Assembly: GCA_002269645.1 (NCBI GenBank)
Contig: NIVC01002491.1
Coordinates: 104,912 to 168,911, forward strand
Length of the DNA: 64,000 bases
Direction: 5' to 3'
Source: Macrostomum lignano
Lineage: Eukaryota
The notes beneath the pieces are model-generated. The model searched no databases. It was not told where the DNA came from and saw only the letters and a list, made by a program, of their open reading frames with translations. Positions 1 to 13,060 of the stretch are shown piece by piece. The translations under genes and the position numbers were made by a program. Position 1 is the stretch's first letter, and each line of letters starts with the position of its first letter.

Positions 1-235
1 TTAATCAATACCTGGATAGATTAGCAATCCATTCGATATATTAACCCATACCTGGATAGATTAGCGATCCATTCGATATATTAACCCATACCTGGATAGA
101 TTAGCAATCCATTTGATATATATTAATCAATACCTGGATATATTAGCAATCCATTTGATATATATTAATCAATACCTTGATATATTAGCAATCCATTCGA
201 TATATTAACCCATACCTGGATAGTTTTAGCAATCC
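1..235. repeat. AT-rich tandem repeat, ~40-43 bp unit (tattaacccatacctggatagattagcaatccattcgata), ~5-6 copies, cut by window start
   Basis: tacctggatagattagc recurs at ~10, 50, 90, with degenerate copies to ~235. Confidence 0.9.
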
Positions 236-1294
236 AACTAATTTCTATTCTGCTATAGTGTTCATAGAAAAACAGTTTTTTTCTTGTTGCTTTCTCAAAG
301 AACAAATTGTATTACAGTACTCTTGGTAACCAAGCAATTACCCCCCTTAGCCGAAATTTTCTGTAACATATCTCAAGAGGCTAAGCATGCCATACTGCGT
401 GCTCGCATTAGCGATAAGAAGTGAAGGGCATTTAGGAATTTCACACCAGATCTGCCGCAGAACCAGACAGACAGGCAGGTTTAAACTGGAAAGCAGTTGA
501 GTGTACACTTGTACACGCTGTAACTGTGACGCAGGCCAACCCTACAATCCTTACCCCCTCATCAGCCCCAAACTGCGGACCTGCAATGTGCATATGGGAG
601 TACAGTGAGAGATTTGCTTAGTCAGAGACACAGAGAGACTGATAAAAGCTGAATATCTTGCTTTCTCGGCTCAAGTGATTTCCCAACCGCCTGACGGAAT
701 CAGTTAGCGGCTAAACAACTTCGGGTGAGTTGCAAGAGGATCTGAATTTTATTTGTTTATTATTTCAAAGCCTAAAATATGATTAAATGATAAATGATAT
801 GCAAATTTTCTATCATTTCTCTCTTTTTCCCAAACCCTCGGTCAGGCGAGCAAGCAGATTTTCAAAGCGGATTTATCATACTGGTATTTGCCATCCACGG
901 CTGAGATGGTCATAAAAATGACCGATTATCGATGGATGCTTTGAGTTTAGAATCCTGTTTAGCTAATTGGAAAACCGGGCCTGATTAGCATATCTGCAAC
1001 AGCGGAGGCTGGGAATGATTCTGGCAGAGATGAAGCGCACCGGCTCCCACTTGTCAGTGATGGATAGGCAAGGATAGAAAATGTATTTCAATGATATTCA
1101 TCCAGTAAGCATTATTTATATTGACAATCATTAATTGGGAAGTCGGAAACTGATTGAGTCGAATAGCTCAAATGGCGCAGTGTTCCATTCGTTTTTCAAG
1201 CAGATTAATTAACGGCATCCACTTTGGCAGTCACCGAGCTCCTGTCGGATATGAGTAGGAGCAGATGCCGAGGAGTTGCATGCAAGTAGAAATG

Positions 1295-1980
1295 GAAGAC
1301 AGAGATGGAGGAGGCGAGGAGAGGAGGGGATGGAGGAGGGGAAGAGGGGAGGAAATGGAGGAGGGGAGGAGGGGAGGGGATGGAGGAGGGGAGGAGGGGA
1401 GGAAATGGAGGAGGGGAGGAGGGGAGGGGATGGGATGGAGGAGGGGAGGAGGGGAGGGGATGGAGGAGGGGAGGAGGGGAGGGATGGAGGAGGGGAGGAG
1501 GGGAGGGGATGGAGGAGGGGAGGAGGGGAGGGGATGGGATGGAGGAGGGGAGGAGGGGAGGGATGGGATGGAGGAGGGGAGGAGGGGAGGGGATGGAGGA
1601 GGGGAGGAGGGGAGGGGATGGAGGAGGGGAGGAGGGGAGGGGATGGGATGGAGGAGGGGAGGAGGGGAGGGGATGGAGGAGGGGAGGAGGGGAGGGGATG
1701 GAGGAGGGGAGGAGGGGAGGGGATGGAGGAGGGAGGAGGGGAGGGGATGGGATGGAGGAGGGGAGGAGGGGAGGGGATGGAGGAGGCGAGGAGAGGAGGG
1801 GATGGAGGAGGGGAAGAGGGGAGGAGATGGAGGAGGGGAAGAGGGGAGGAGATGGAGGAGGGGAGGAGGGGAGGGGATGGAGGAGGGGAAGGGGATGGGA
1901 TGGAGGAGGGGAAGGGGATGGGATGGAGGAGGGGAGGGGATGGAGGAGGGGAAGGGGATGGGATGGAGGAGGGGAGATGT
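1295..1980. repeat. Polypurine low-complexity array (ggatggaggaggggaggagggga variants)
   Basis: Almost exclusively G/A with sparse T; source of the four overlapping G/E/R- and P/S-rich ORFs. Confidence 0.95.
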
Positions 1981-2277
1981 AGCAGAAGAAGAAGCCATCA
2001 GGAAAAGCGGAACTGCTAAGCTGTTGCTGGCTCGTGAGTTTGTAGTTCTAAAGCCCCCCCCCCTTGCCTGGCCCATAGAAACTGAAGTACGAGTACTGGC
2101 GTATGCCAACTATTCTCTTAGCCAAACTGTCTATCCTTATTTCCCCTCTTCTCAGTGACAGCATCAAGATACTGACAGGCAAAAGCAGAAATAGTTAGTT
2201 GTTTAACAAAACCCGCGGTGAATTCCAGCCTTCTTAACCGACTGCTGCGGCAACAGTTGCGCATATTTTGCTAAGCC

Positions 2278-2643
2278 ATGGCCAAGCCAGTGAGCTACGA
2301 TGAGGTGGTGAAGATGCTGAAGACCAACAGCGGCTGCCTGCTGGACGTTCGCACCCAGGAGGAGCTGGACACCCACGGCCGGTACCCAAAGTACATCCAC
2401 GTGCCGCACAGCGAGGTCGCCGAGGCGATGCAACTGCCGGACTCCGAGTTCAAAGCTCGTTACCATGGAGACAAGCCGAAAGCGGGCGATCAGATTATCA
2501 CCTCCTGCATGGCTGGCAAGAGGGCTGGCATGGCTGCCGATGCTCTGGCCAAGCTGAACTTCACCAACGTGGGAGTTTACAGCGGCAGCTTCAGCGACTG
2601 GAAGAGCCAGCAGGCCGATCCCGCCAAGGCCTACAAGGACTGA
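2278..2643 (+). CDS. Single-domain rhodanese / thiosulfate sulfurtransferase (TSTD1-like), 121 aa, uninterrupted CDS
   Basis: LLDVRTQEE N-terminal motif, active-site loop CMAGKR, C-terminal VYSGSFSDW; AATAAA at 2678-2683. Confidence 0.93.
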   Translation: MAKPVSYDEVVKMLKTNSGCLLDVRTQEELDTHGRYPKYIHVPHSEVAEAMQLPDSEFKARYHGDKPKAGDQIITSCMAGKRAGMAADALAKLNFTNVGVYSGSFSDWKSQQADPAKAYKD

Positions 2644-2677
2644 GCCTGGAGACGACGCTGGGCTCTGGCTTTTGGCT

Positions 2678-2689
2678 AATAAATTTATT
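2678..2689. terminator. Polyadenylation signal AATAAA of the rhodanese gene, part of the palindrome AATAAATTTATT
   Basis: 35 nt after the TGA stop; reads AATAAA on both strands. Confidence 0.6.
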
Positions 2690-2726
2690 GACAGTTTTGT
2701 ACTCTTAGTGTATTCGTGTATTCCCG

Positions 2727-3090
2727 CACCCTGTGACAGCTCCCGCACATGATAGGGCACCATGTGACAGCCCTCGCACATGATAGGGCACCCTGTTACA
2801 TCTCCAGCACATGATAGGGCACCCTGTTATATCTCCAGCACATGATAGGGCACCCTGTGACAGCTCCCGCACATGATAGGGCACCCTGTGACATCTCCAG
2901 CACATGATAGGGCACCCTGTGACATCTCCAGCACATGATAGGGCACCCTGTTATATCTCCAGCACATGATAGGGCACCCTGTGACAGCTCCCGCACATGA
3001 TAGGGCACCCTGTGACAGCTCCCGCACATGATAGGGCACCCTGTGACATCTCCAGCACATGATAGGGCACCCTGTTACATCTCCAGCACA
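2727..3090. repeat. 31-bp minisatellite (gcacatgatagggcaccctgtgacagctccc), ~11-12 copies
   Basis: accctg recurs at 2821 and 2852 and onward (period 31). Confidence 0.95.
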
Positions 3091-3796
3091 TTATCCTCCA
3101 ATCAAATAATGTCAGCTATAGTTTGATGTTTCACATTAATTTTCCCCATCTTAGCAATGTCGAATTTCCTAAAAACAAATCCATCTACTTAAACTGTGAT
3201 CTTTATAAACCGATCACTATTAATACATTGATATAGTTATATGACACCAATAAAGTACATAGGAATTGTCAGATTGATATCGATGCATAAGGGAACTCGA
3301 CAAAAACACATTAGTTAATAGAAACCTACTATGAGTAGTATCATCGCGCTGGCAAAATAGTTCTTCACAGACACGAAATTGTACTACTGACAAGAAAAAT
3401 AAGCCCTTGCTGTACGAGTATGAATAAGGGGCTTCACTGAACAAGAAGAGCGACGAACATCAACTCTGGACAATAAGATCGTGCCTTTCCAAGAAAGAAA
3501 CTATACGCCAGTGAACTAAAATATTTCCGCTTAAAAATAAACACATTTCAATTTTTTAGAAGTTCAAGCGTTTTATAGAGAGCATTTTCACGCTGATATG
3601 TACAAGTAGTAAGAATAGAGTATTTGCTCGTTTGTTTACACTTAACTGGTTTAGCTAGCTAGCCCCAAACCCAGTGCCGTCCGGATGGGAACCGGGACTA
3701 TTTAAAGTTTAATTTAGCAGTCCTTGGAAACTATGCGGATATGGAAAGACTGGCTTTTGATTTCGAAGTGCATAGTTTACTTTCTCTTTGCCATCT

Positions 3797-4900
3797 ACCT
3801 GTTGACAGGGTCTAGGGTTTACCTCTTGACAGGGTCTACCTGTTTACAAAGTCTACCTGTTTACAGGGTCTACCTGTTTACAGGGTCTACCTGTTTACAG
3901 GGTCTACCTGTTTACAGGGTCTACCTGTTGACAGGGTCTACCTGTTTACAGGGTCTACCTGTTTACAGGGTCTACCTGTTTACAGGGTCTACCTGTTTAC
4001 AGGGTCTACCTGTTGACAGGGTCTACCTGTTGACAGGGTCTACCTGTTGACAGGGTCTACCTGTTGACAGGGTCTACCTGTTGACAGGGTCTACCTGTTT
4101 ACAGGGTCTACCTGTTTACAGGGTCTACCTGTTTACAGGGTCTACCTGTTTACAGGGTCTACCTGTTTACAGGGTCTACCTGTTTACAGGGTCTACCTGT
4201 TGACAGGGTCTACCTATTGACAGGGTCTACCTGTTGACAGGGTCTACCTGTTGACAGGGTCTACCTATTGACAGGGTCTACCTGTTGACAGGGTCTACCT
4301 GTTGACAGGGTCTACCTGTTTACAGGGTCTACCTGTTTACAGGGTCTACCTGTTTACAGGGTCTACCTGTTGACAGGGTCTACCTGTTTACAGGGTCTAC
4401 CTGTTGACAGGGTCTACCTGTTTACAGGGTCTACCTGTTTACAGGGTCTACCTGTTTACAGGGTATACCTATTGACAGGGTATACCTGTTGACAGGGTCT
4501 ACCTGTTTACAGGGTCTACCTGTTGACAGGGTCTACCTGTTGACAGGGTCTACCTGTTTACAGGGTCTACCTGTTTACAGGGTCTACCTGTTTACAGGGT
4601 CTACCTGTTGACAGGGTCTACCTGTTGACAGGGTCTACCTGTTGACAGGGTCTACCTGTTGACAGGGTCTACATGTACCTGTTGAAGGGTCTACCTGTTG
4701 ACAGGGTCTACATGTACCTGTTGAAGGGTCTACCTGTTGACAGGGTCTACATGTACCTGTTGAAGGGTCTACCTGTTGACAGGGTTTGACTGTTGACAAG
4801 GCATACCAGGTGACCTGGGCTACCTGTTAACAGGATCTACCTGTTGACCGGAGTTCTGTTGACATTGTTTACCTGTTGACAAGGCCTACCAGGTGACCCG
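3797..4900. repeat. 17-bp minisatellite (acagggtctacctgtt[t/g]), ~60 copies, degenerate at the right end
   Basis: gtctacc at 4021 and 4038 (period 17). Confidence 0.97.
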
Positions 4901-4996
4901 GGCTACCTGTTGACAGTTTCTACCAGGCAATCGTTGCCGCCAGGGTTTCATTAAAAGTACATTCATTTGTTCAAATTGTCGCCACAGCTCAACTGC

Positions 4997-5389
4997 TCAA
5001 AAATTTGTTTCGGCGAATCGCAGCCGACAGTCGCCGCCTCCGTGGTCGTCGTCGACCTCCTCGTCCTCTTCGGCCGGATGCGGGCCGTCGTCCCCGCCGT
5101 GGACGTTCACCGGCGCGTAGCCGGGGGCCGACGGACCGCGGCTTGAAGTCGCCGGCGGCTGCGGCTGCTGCCTGCGGCGCTGCAGCCGGGCGGCCACCGG
5201 CCGGCATGGGGTGGCCAGGAGGGCGGCGAGAGCCTGCCGGAACTGCTCGGACATGCCGTAGTAAAAGAAGAAGTTGATGCTGTGGTTGAACAGCGTCATC
5301 AGGTCGAATACATCGCCAAGAGGGTCGTAGAAGCGCTTGGAGAAGCAGTTCTTGTTCGATGAGGAACCGAGCAGGAAGAACATGACCGC
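4997..5389 (-). CDS. Peptide GPCR, last coding exon (TM6 end, TM7, C-tail)
   Basis: Acceptor cccag|GCG at 5390/5389; encodes AVMFFLLG...YDPLGDVFDLMTLFNHSINFFFYYGMSEQFRQAL (TM7 NFxxY..MS..FR of the myosuppressin/DMSR-1 receptor type); TGA at 4999-4997; phase 0 matches the donor at 13060. Confidence 0.88.
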   Translation of the reverse strand, partial: AVMFFLLGSSSNKNCFSKRFYDPLGDVFDLMTLFNHSINFFFYYGMSEQFRQALAALLATPCRPVAARLQRRRQQPQPPATSSRGPSAPGYAPVNVHGGDDGPHPAEEDEEVDDDHGGGDCRLRFAETNF

Positions 5390-5450
5390 CTGGGCAGCGG
5401 GATGGGGAGTTGGGGATTTGATGAGCTCGAGTGGGACACGCCATTGTGAA

Positions 5451-6285
5451 TGAGACCCGGCGCCATTGTGAATGAGACCCGGAGCCATTGTGAATGAGAC
5501 CCGGCGCCATTGTGAATGAGACCCGGAGCCATTGTGAATGAGACCCGGCGCCATTGTGAATGAGACCCGGAGCCATTGTGAATGAGACCCGGAGCCATTG
5601 TGAATGAGCGCCATTGTGAATGAGACCCGGCGCCAATTGTGAATGAGACCCGGCGCCATTGTGAATGAGACCCGGCGCCATTGTGAATGAGACCCGGCGC
5701 CATTGTGAATGAGACCCGGAGCCATTGTGAATGAGACCCGGAGCCATTGTGAATGAGACCCGGAGCCATTGTGAATGAGACCCGGAGCCATTGTGAATGA
5801 GCGCCATTGTGAATGAGACCCGGCGCCATTGTGAATGAGACCCGGAGCCATTGAGAATGAGACATGAAGCCATCGTGAATGAGACCCGGAGCCATTGTGA
5901 ATGAGACCCGGCGCCATTGTGAATGAGACTCGGAGCCATTGTGAATGAGACCCGGAGCCATTGTGAATGAGACCCGGAGCCATTGTGAATGAGACCCGGA
6001 GCCATTGTGAATGAGACCCGGCGCCATTGTGAATGAGACCCGGAGCCATTGTGAATGAGACCCGGAGCCATTGTGAATGAGACCCGGCGCCATTGTGAAA
6101 ATACCCGGAGCCATAGTGAAAAGACCCGGAGCCATAGTGAAAAGACCCGGAGCCATTGTGAATGAGACCCGGAGCCATAGTGAAAAGACCCGGAGCCATT
6201 GTGAATGAGACCCGGAGCCATTGTGAATGAGACCCGGAGCCATTGTGAATGAGACCCGGAGCCATAGTGAAAAGACCCGGAGCCA
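5451..6285. repeat. 22-bp minisatellite (gccattgtgaatgagacccgga), ~38 copies, in the GPCR intron
   Basis: gtgaatg at 5941 and 5963 (period 22). Confidence 0.97.
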
Positions 6286-6464
6286 GTTGAAAGAAACTCG
6301 AGAATGTTAAAGCAATTGAAGTCAATCGAGAAGCTCTATTAAAGCTGATTTTATCCAAGCATTTTTATTCTCTTTCTTATTTAGCACAACAAAGAGGGGC
6401 CTTTGATAACGGCAGTCCGTCAGTAGCGTCAGTTGAGTTGAACACTCAAAAATTCACTCAACTC

Positions 6465-6920
6465 TCCTTGAGCCTCTACCGACTCTCCCTGAGCCTCCAC
6501 TGACTCTCCCTGAAGCCTCTACCGACTCTCCCTGAGCCTCCACTGACTCTCCCTGAAGCCTTTACCGGCTCTCCCTGAAGCCTTCACCGCTGTCCCTGAA
6601 GCATTCACCAATTCTCCATGAGACCTCATCCACCGACTCTCCCTGAAAACTCTACCGGCTCTCCCTGAAGCCTCCACTGACTCTCCCTGAAAACTCTACC
6701 GGCTCTCCCTGAAGCCTCCACTGACTCTCCCTGAAAACTCTACCGGCTCTCCCTGAAGCCTCCACTGACTCTCCCTGAAAACTCTACCGGCTCTCCCTGA
6801 AGTCTTCACCGACTCTTCATGAGACCTCCTTCACCGACTCTCCCTCAAGCCTTCACCGACTCTCCCTGAAGCCTTCAGTGCCTCTCCCTGAAGCCTCTAC
6901 CGACTCTCCCTGAAGCCTTT
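6465..6920. repeat. Degenerate ~21-22-bp minisatellite (ccgactctccctgaagcctcta)
   Basis: ctctccctgaa recurs about 20 times. Confidence 0.88.
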
Positions 6921-7712
6921 CAAGATTGACCTACCCACGTAAGCTCGAGTCCTACACAATTTAACTGTGCTTTGCTTGACTCACAACAAAACAAGAGGCA
7001 TCCAAGTGAACAGATTTCTATAGTAATGCCTCAAGTGGCGCACTCTGTTAATTAGAAGCTGGAAAAGGGGAGCATTTGCAGGGAGACTGAATGCCAGACA
7101 GACAATGGGACTACTGAAAATGACAAAAGGGGACCGGGGCAGAGAGATGAGGATAAATAGAGATTCAGAGAGTCAAAAGCCAACCCTGTCACAACAGGGA
7201 GGACTCAGTGCCCGCTGGAAGCACCTGCTATTGCTGCTTTTTAATTAAAATTCTATTTCCTGGATTTTGAGCCCTCGAGCCGAACCGGCCTATTGTTTCT
7301 AGGCGGGGGGGAACGTAGAAAATCCTCTCGCTCGAGTTGGCACTGTGTCTTCCTATCCGCATCTCCTACTAGCATTTCTCGTTTAATTTTCAATTTCCAT
7401 TTTTTTCTTCTGCCAATTTTCCACTAGAAGGGTCTGATCGGATAACAATTTAAACTGTGCCTTCTCTGTCTCTCTCTGCTCTCCATTTTGTCTGTGTTTG
7501 CGAAATTTTGCTTCCAGCTCAGCGAGCCGCTGTCTTTTGATTGAACAGCATTTTGTATTGCCTGTGCCACCCACTGCCTCACCTGCCTGCTCAGCCTAGT
7601 GGGTCTCTTTGCTTTTAGTCTGTACATAATCAAGCACTTCTGTCGGAAGCGCTTTGAGAAGAGCAACACAGACGATTCTGTTTGATTATCCCAAGCAGAA
7701 TTTTGCGATGCT

Positions 7713-8535
7713 TCAGGGGTGCATTGGTGTGTCTGCGGGATGCACTGAGAGTCAGGGGGTGCATTGGAGTGTCTGCGGGATGCACTGAGAGTCAGGGTGC
7801 ATTGGAGTGTGTGCGGGATGCACTGAGAGTCAGGGTGCCTTTGAGTGTCTGCGGGATGCACTGAGAGTCAGGGTGCCTTTGAGTGTCTGCGGGATGCACT
7901 GAGAGTCAGGGGTGCATTGGAGTGTCTGCGGGATGCACTGAGAGTCAGGGCGCATTGGAGTGTCTGCGGGATGCACTGAGAGTCAGGGCGCATTGGAGTG
8001 TCTGCGGGATGCACTGAGAGTCAGGGTGCATTGGAGTGTCTGCGGGATGCACTGAGAGTCAGGGTGCATTGGTGTGTCTGCGGGATGCACTGAGAGTCAG
8101 GGTGCATTGGTGTGTGTGCGGGATGCACTGAGAGTCAGGGTGCATTGGAGTGTGTGCGGGATGCACTGAGAGTCAGGGTGCATTGGTGTGTCTGCGGGAT
8201 GCACTGAGAGTCAGGGCGCATTGGAGTGTCTGCGGGATGCACTGAGAGTCAGGGTGCATTGGAGTGTCTGCGGGATGCACTGAGAGTCAGGGGGTGCATT
8301 GAAGTGTCTGCGGGATGCACTGAGAGTCAGGGGGTGCATTGGAGTGTGTGCGGGATGCACTGAGAGTCAGGGTGCATTGGAGTGTGTGCGAGATGCACTG
8401 AGAGTCAGGGGGTGCATTGGAGTGTGTGCGGGATGCACTGAGAGTCAGGGTGCATTGGAGTGTGTGCGAGATGCACTGAGAGTCAGGGTGCATTGGAGTG
8501 TCTGCGGGATGCACTGAGAGTCAGGGTGCATTGGT
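7713..8535. repeat. 38-bp minisatellite (gggtgcattggagtgtctgcgggatgcactgagagtca), ~21 copies
   Basis: atgcactgag at 8161 and 8199 (period 38). Confidence 0.97.
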
Positions 8536-9379
8536 GTGTCTCTGACAGTCTGACGAAAACCTAGAGGTTCAGGTTAATGGGTTGGAGCTGTGCAGGCAAA
8601 CAACACTGGTAAGTGTAAAAAAGTTTCAAATCTGAAATGGAGGCAAACAATAAAAAAAAAGAATTGTTCCTTCTCAACACTTCCGGAGGCAGTTTTCTGC
8701 CTATAGGAAGCAATGAAAGATTTTTATTGTCACCTTCGCGGGGATGTTAATTATGCTCCCGCTGGTGCACGCGGCGGTTCGGCGTATTTGTCGATGAGGA
8801 TGGAGACGGCTGCACTTTCCCTTCAACCCGGGGGGGGGGGGTCGCCTCTCCTTCCTGTCATCTCCTGGCTTGATTGAAGAAGTCGCCACGCTGCCTCAGC
8901 CCGCCTCCTCCGCCTCCGCTCTCCGCACAGCGCAGACGTCACATCGATTTCTCCATCATGCGGCTCATGCGGCATGCGGAGGACGGGCGAAGGGGGGGGG
9001 ACAGGACTGGGGAGACCGCAGTGGTGAACTACGGAAGCAGAACTTGTTCAAAGAATGGGGCTGCAGGGAGCTGAGCGCTGGATTTATTGTTAGAAGACAG
9101 TTGCAGATGCTCAGCTAACGAAAGCTCCTGGCGAGCTGTCAAAGAGAGGCTCACACGAGCTTATTAATGCTGGGTCATGGCACTGGGGAGGCGGAAGAGA
9201 AGTGTGTGTGGTCCGCTTGTTTGTCTGTTCTCTGAAAATGATTTTTATAAAGCTTTAATTTTACAAATTGGCTTTTCAGATGTTAAGGAAAATCCCCTGG
9301 CTGCTGCTTTTGCGGTTATTACGTTTCGAGTGGCTAAAATGCTGCTTCAGATTCGACGTTTAATGTCGAGGAGTATCAA

Positions 9380-10065
9380 GCTAGATGGTCCCTTAGCTCG
9401 ATGGTCCCTTAGCTCGATGGTCCCTTAGCTCGATGGTCCCTTAGCTCGATCGATGGTCCCTTAGCTCGATGGTCCCTTAGCTCGATGGTCCCTTAGCTCG
9501 ATGGTCCCTTAGCTCGATGGTCCCTTAGCTCGATGGTCCCTTAGCTCGATGGTCCCTTAGCTCGATGGTCCCTTAGCTCGATGGTCCCTTAGCTCGATGG
9601 TCCCTTAGCTCGATGGTCCCTTAGCTCGATGGTCCCTTAGCTCGATGGTCCCTTAGCTCGATGGTCCCTTAGCTCGATGGTCCCTTAGCTCGATGGTCCC
9701 TTAGCTCGATGGTCCCTTAGCTCGATGGTCCCTTAGCTCGATGGTCCCTTAGCTCGATGGTCCCTTAGCTCGATGGTCCCTTAGCTCGATGGTCCCTTAG
9801 CTCGATGGTCCCTTAGCTCGATGGTCCCTTAGCTCGATGGTCCCTTAGCTCGATGGTCCCTTAGCTCGATGGTCCCTTAGCTCGATGGTCCCTTAGCTCG
9901 ATGGTCCCTTAGCTCGATGGTCCCTTAGCTCGATGGTCCCTTAGCTCGATGGTCCCTTAGCTCGATGGTCCCTTAGCTCGATGGTCCCTTAGCTCGATGG
10001 TCCCTTAGCTCGATGGTCCCTTAGCTCGATGGTCCCTTAGCTCGATGGTCCCTTAGCTCGATGGT
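9380..10065. repeat. Highly homogeneous 16-bp minisatellite (gatggtcccttagctc), ~43 copies
   Basis: Near-perfect period 16 with one tcga duplication at ~9447. Confidence 0.98.
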
Positions 10066-11549
10066 AACCGATGGCAACGCGACACGGACTATACCGCAAA
10101 TATCGGAATCCTGCTCAATCCAGATGATGGTTTTCATTCCAGATGTTCAGTCTCAGTAGTCCATGAACGGTCGTGGCCATAGAAGCTAGTCGGGTGTTTC
10201 TGTGCTCACGACTCCACCCGAACCACGGCTTAACAGTTACGATATTGCGGGGTCTTCTGCTGCGTTTTTCTTAATAAAAATCAATGCCCAGGAGGAACCC
10301 GTGTTTATCAGTCCCTTCGTCTCTGTGCGTCTTCACAGACCATCGATCTCAGCTTCGCATCCGTGACACAGTCGCAGCGCTGCCCTCGACTAAAACACCG
10401 CCTTGCCCTCCCTCTATTAGTCAGCTGGCGTCAAAGACTGAGGTGTGCTAATAGTCACTGACAGGTTTTCACCCCCTAAATTAATCTTCGGCTCTGATAT
10501 AAGCGACAGGTGCGACATACTCAGGGGGGACAGAGTGACAGAGAGAGAAAGAGAGCGGAACGGAGCGGAAAAGGCAGGTGAACAGAGGATAGCAACAGAT
10601 TGGCACAGGCAAGAAGCAACACCGTCTGACTGTAAGTCAGTCAGTCAGTCAGTCAAAGTAAGTCGTGATTGCTAGATAAACTGCACCAGCCAGTCTAAAC
10701 AGAGACCCAGCGCCCCGACCGGCTTGACCCACCCGACCGATCGCTAAGCGTATAGAAGATGGCAGAAGACTCATACTAGTGGCTGCAAAGTAAACCTTAT
10801 ATGCGACTGCAGTTAAATTACCAGAGGCAGAAGGAAGAGATGGTCAGAGCAGATAGAGCGGCTCTCCAAGAGGGGTCCCGCGGTTAAAAGTTGGAGACCG
10901 GCTGTCCGAGTTGGGCAGAGATTTCGCCGAAAAAGTTGACCCGCGACCGGCCTATACTGATATGCCATACTGAGCTGGCTTGGCAAGTCTTGGAAAATAA
11001 AATTAATGCGGTTTTATCGATGCACTTCGCCACCTGATTGTCGGGTGACTTCACTCCCTCGGCTCAGACTCTCTCCCGCACTATTTCTAATAGGGCTCTC
11101 CGGCTCTCTTCCACTGCGAAGAAGTCAAGTAGGAGAAATCCTTGATCCCACGATATACTTTCTTTTGAGTACCCCGCCTCCAGCCGCTGTTTCGCCTCGG
11201 GGACAGCTCGGGCAGCGAGGACTCTTCTATCCCCTCCACGGCCCTTCAAAAGATTCAACCGTGAAACGCAAAACGGGATTAAGGCACTATATGGGTTCGG
11301 AAGTGACTTCCTGAGCTTGCTCTCCGATCTACCTGTCTGTCTTCAGAGCTGTCAGGAGCGATTTTACATCCGTTTGAGTCCCCTTCCTATATGCCCTAGC
11401 TTATCTTAGTTCTTAAAGAATTTTTCTTTGACAGGTGCAAAGGCTCGAGTCTCAGGTGCGAGCTGAAACACTCACTTTCTGAGCGATTTAATGAGTCCCT
11501 GGAAACAGAGTGGGAGAGTGCAGACTGCCGGGAAGGGAAAGTCTTCCTA

Positions 11550-12024
<475 letters not shown>

Positions 12025-12785
12025 GGTTAAATCATTTACAAGGTGCGAGATTCGCGTATGAATTTCCGAGTAGATAGTATCAAAGGACCCCCTCTCGAAA
12101 GACCTATCGCAGGACTTGTCCGCCAATTTATTCGTCTTTTCGTTAATTCTCGAAAAAGAATTTTACAGACGATGAAAAATTCTGAGTGAATTCCAGATCT
12201 ACAGGTGATTAACAGAGCAGTTCATTGCATCCAAGGTAAGTCCAATCCGAATCCCCGGGTCTTTGGTGCAACAGAGAAATTCAGCCCGAAACAGAAGCCC
12301 CCCCTAGTCGCATCTATCTTCCCAGGCAGGGGATCAACATTGTTCTCCGATTGCGGGACACCAATTCCACGGGAGGGCAGATTATCCTTAGCTGCCCTGC
12401 CACGGTGCCAGCTTCGAGTTTCGGCCAAACAAAACTCCCCAGCATGACTTTGCCTCTCTCCGCTGGCCCCAAGGTACACGGAAACCCACTGCACTGATGA
12501 TGCATAGCCGATAAATCATAACACTGCTTCCCGTCCGCTTATAAGTGTAGTTGTGTCTTCCTTCCGCGGGCCTACATGTAAATTCCTCTCATGTCGATAG
12601 GGCTAGATCCCAGCTGAAGTCATCGGGCTCTGTGAAGCTGATGCACAGCCGGCTTGAATATTAATACCAGCCGTAGCAGTGGTAGTTTGTTCATCAGTTT
12701 TATATGATTGTCTGTAATAATACTGCTTAGTGTTTTTCTCATTCATGCACTTGAATGTGCAGCAAGACTAGAGAGGGTGTTCACG

Positions 12786-13036
12786 CAGCTGGATGAGTCA
12801 TCTAACTATCGATTAGCCAATGTAAGCAAAACTGGATGAGTCATCCGACTATCGATTAGCTAATGTGCGCACAGCTGGATGAGTCATCCGACTATCGATT
12901 AGCCAATGTGTGCACAGCTGGATGAGTCATCCGACTATCGATTAGTCAATGTGCGCACAGCTGGATGAGTCATCCGACTATCGATTAGCCAATGTACGCA
13001 CAGCTGGATGGGTCATCCGACTATCGAGTTGCCAAT
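12786..13036. repeat. 43-bp minisatellite (cagctggatgagtcatccgactatcgattagccaatgtgcgca), ~6 copies, just inside the GPCR intron donor
   Basis: acagctggat at 12871, 12914, 12957. Confidence 0.93.
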
Positions 13037-13060
13037 CAATGCACTATGTCCCAGGCGTAC

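Noticed and set aside
1231-2158. Four overlapping 225-297 aa G/E/R- or P/S-rich ORFs
   Set aside because: Products of a polypurine tract that cannot form stop codons
5299-6358. 314-453 aa minus-strand ORFs
   Set aside because: Mostly the 22-bp repeat; only 5389-4997 is a real exon (GPCR TM7)
8874-9074. EH1-like peptide (HIDFSIMRLM) in a short + strand ORF
   Set aside because: Short motif only, no homeodomain or convincing splice partners nearby
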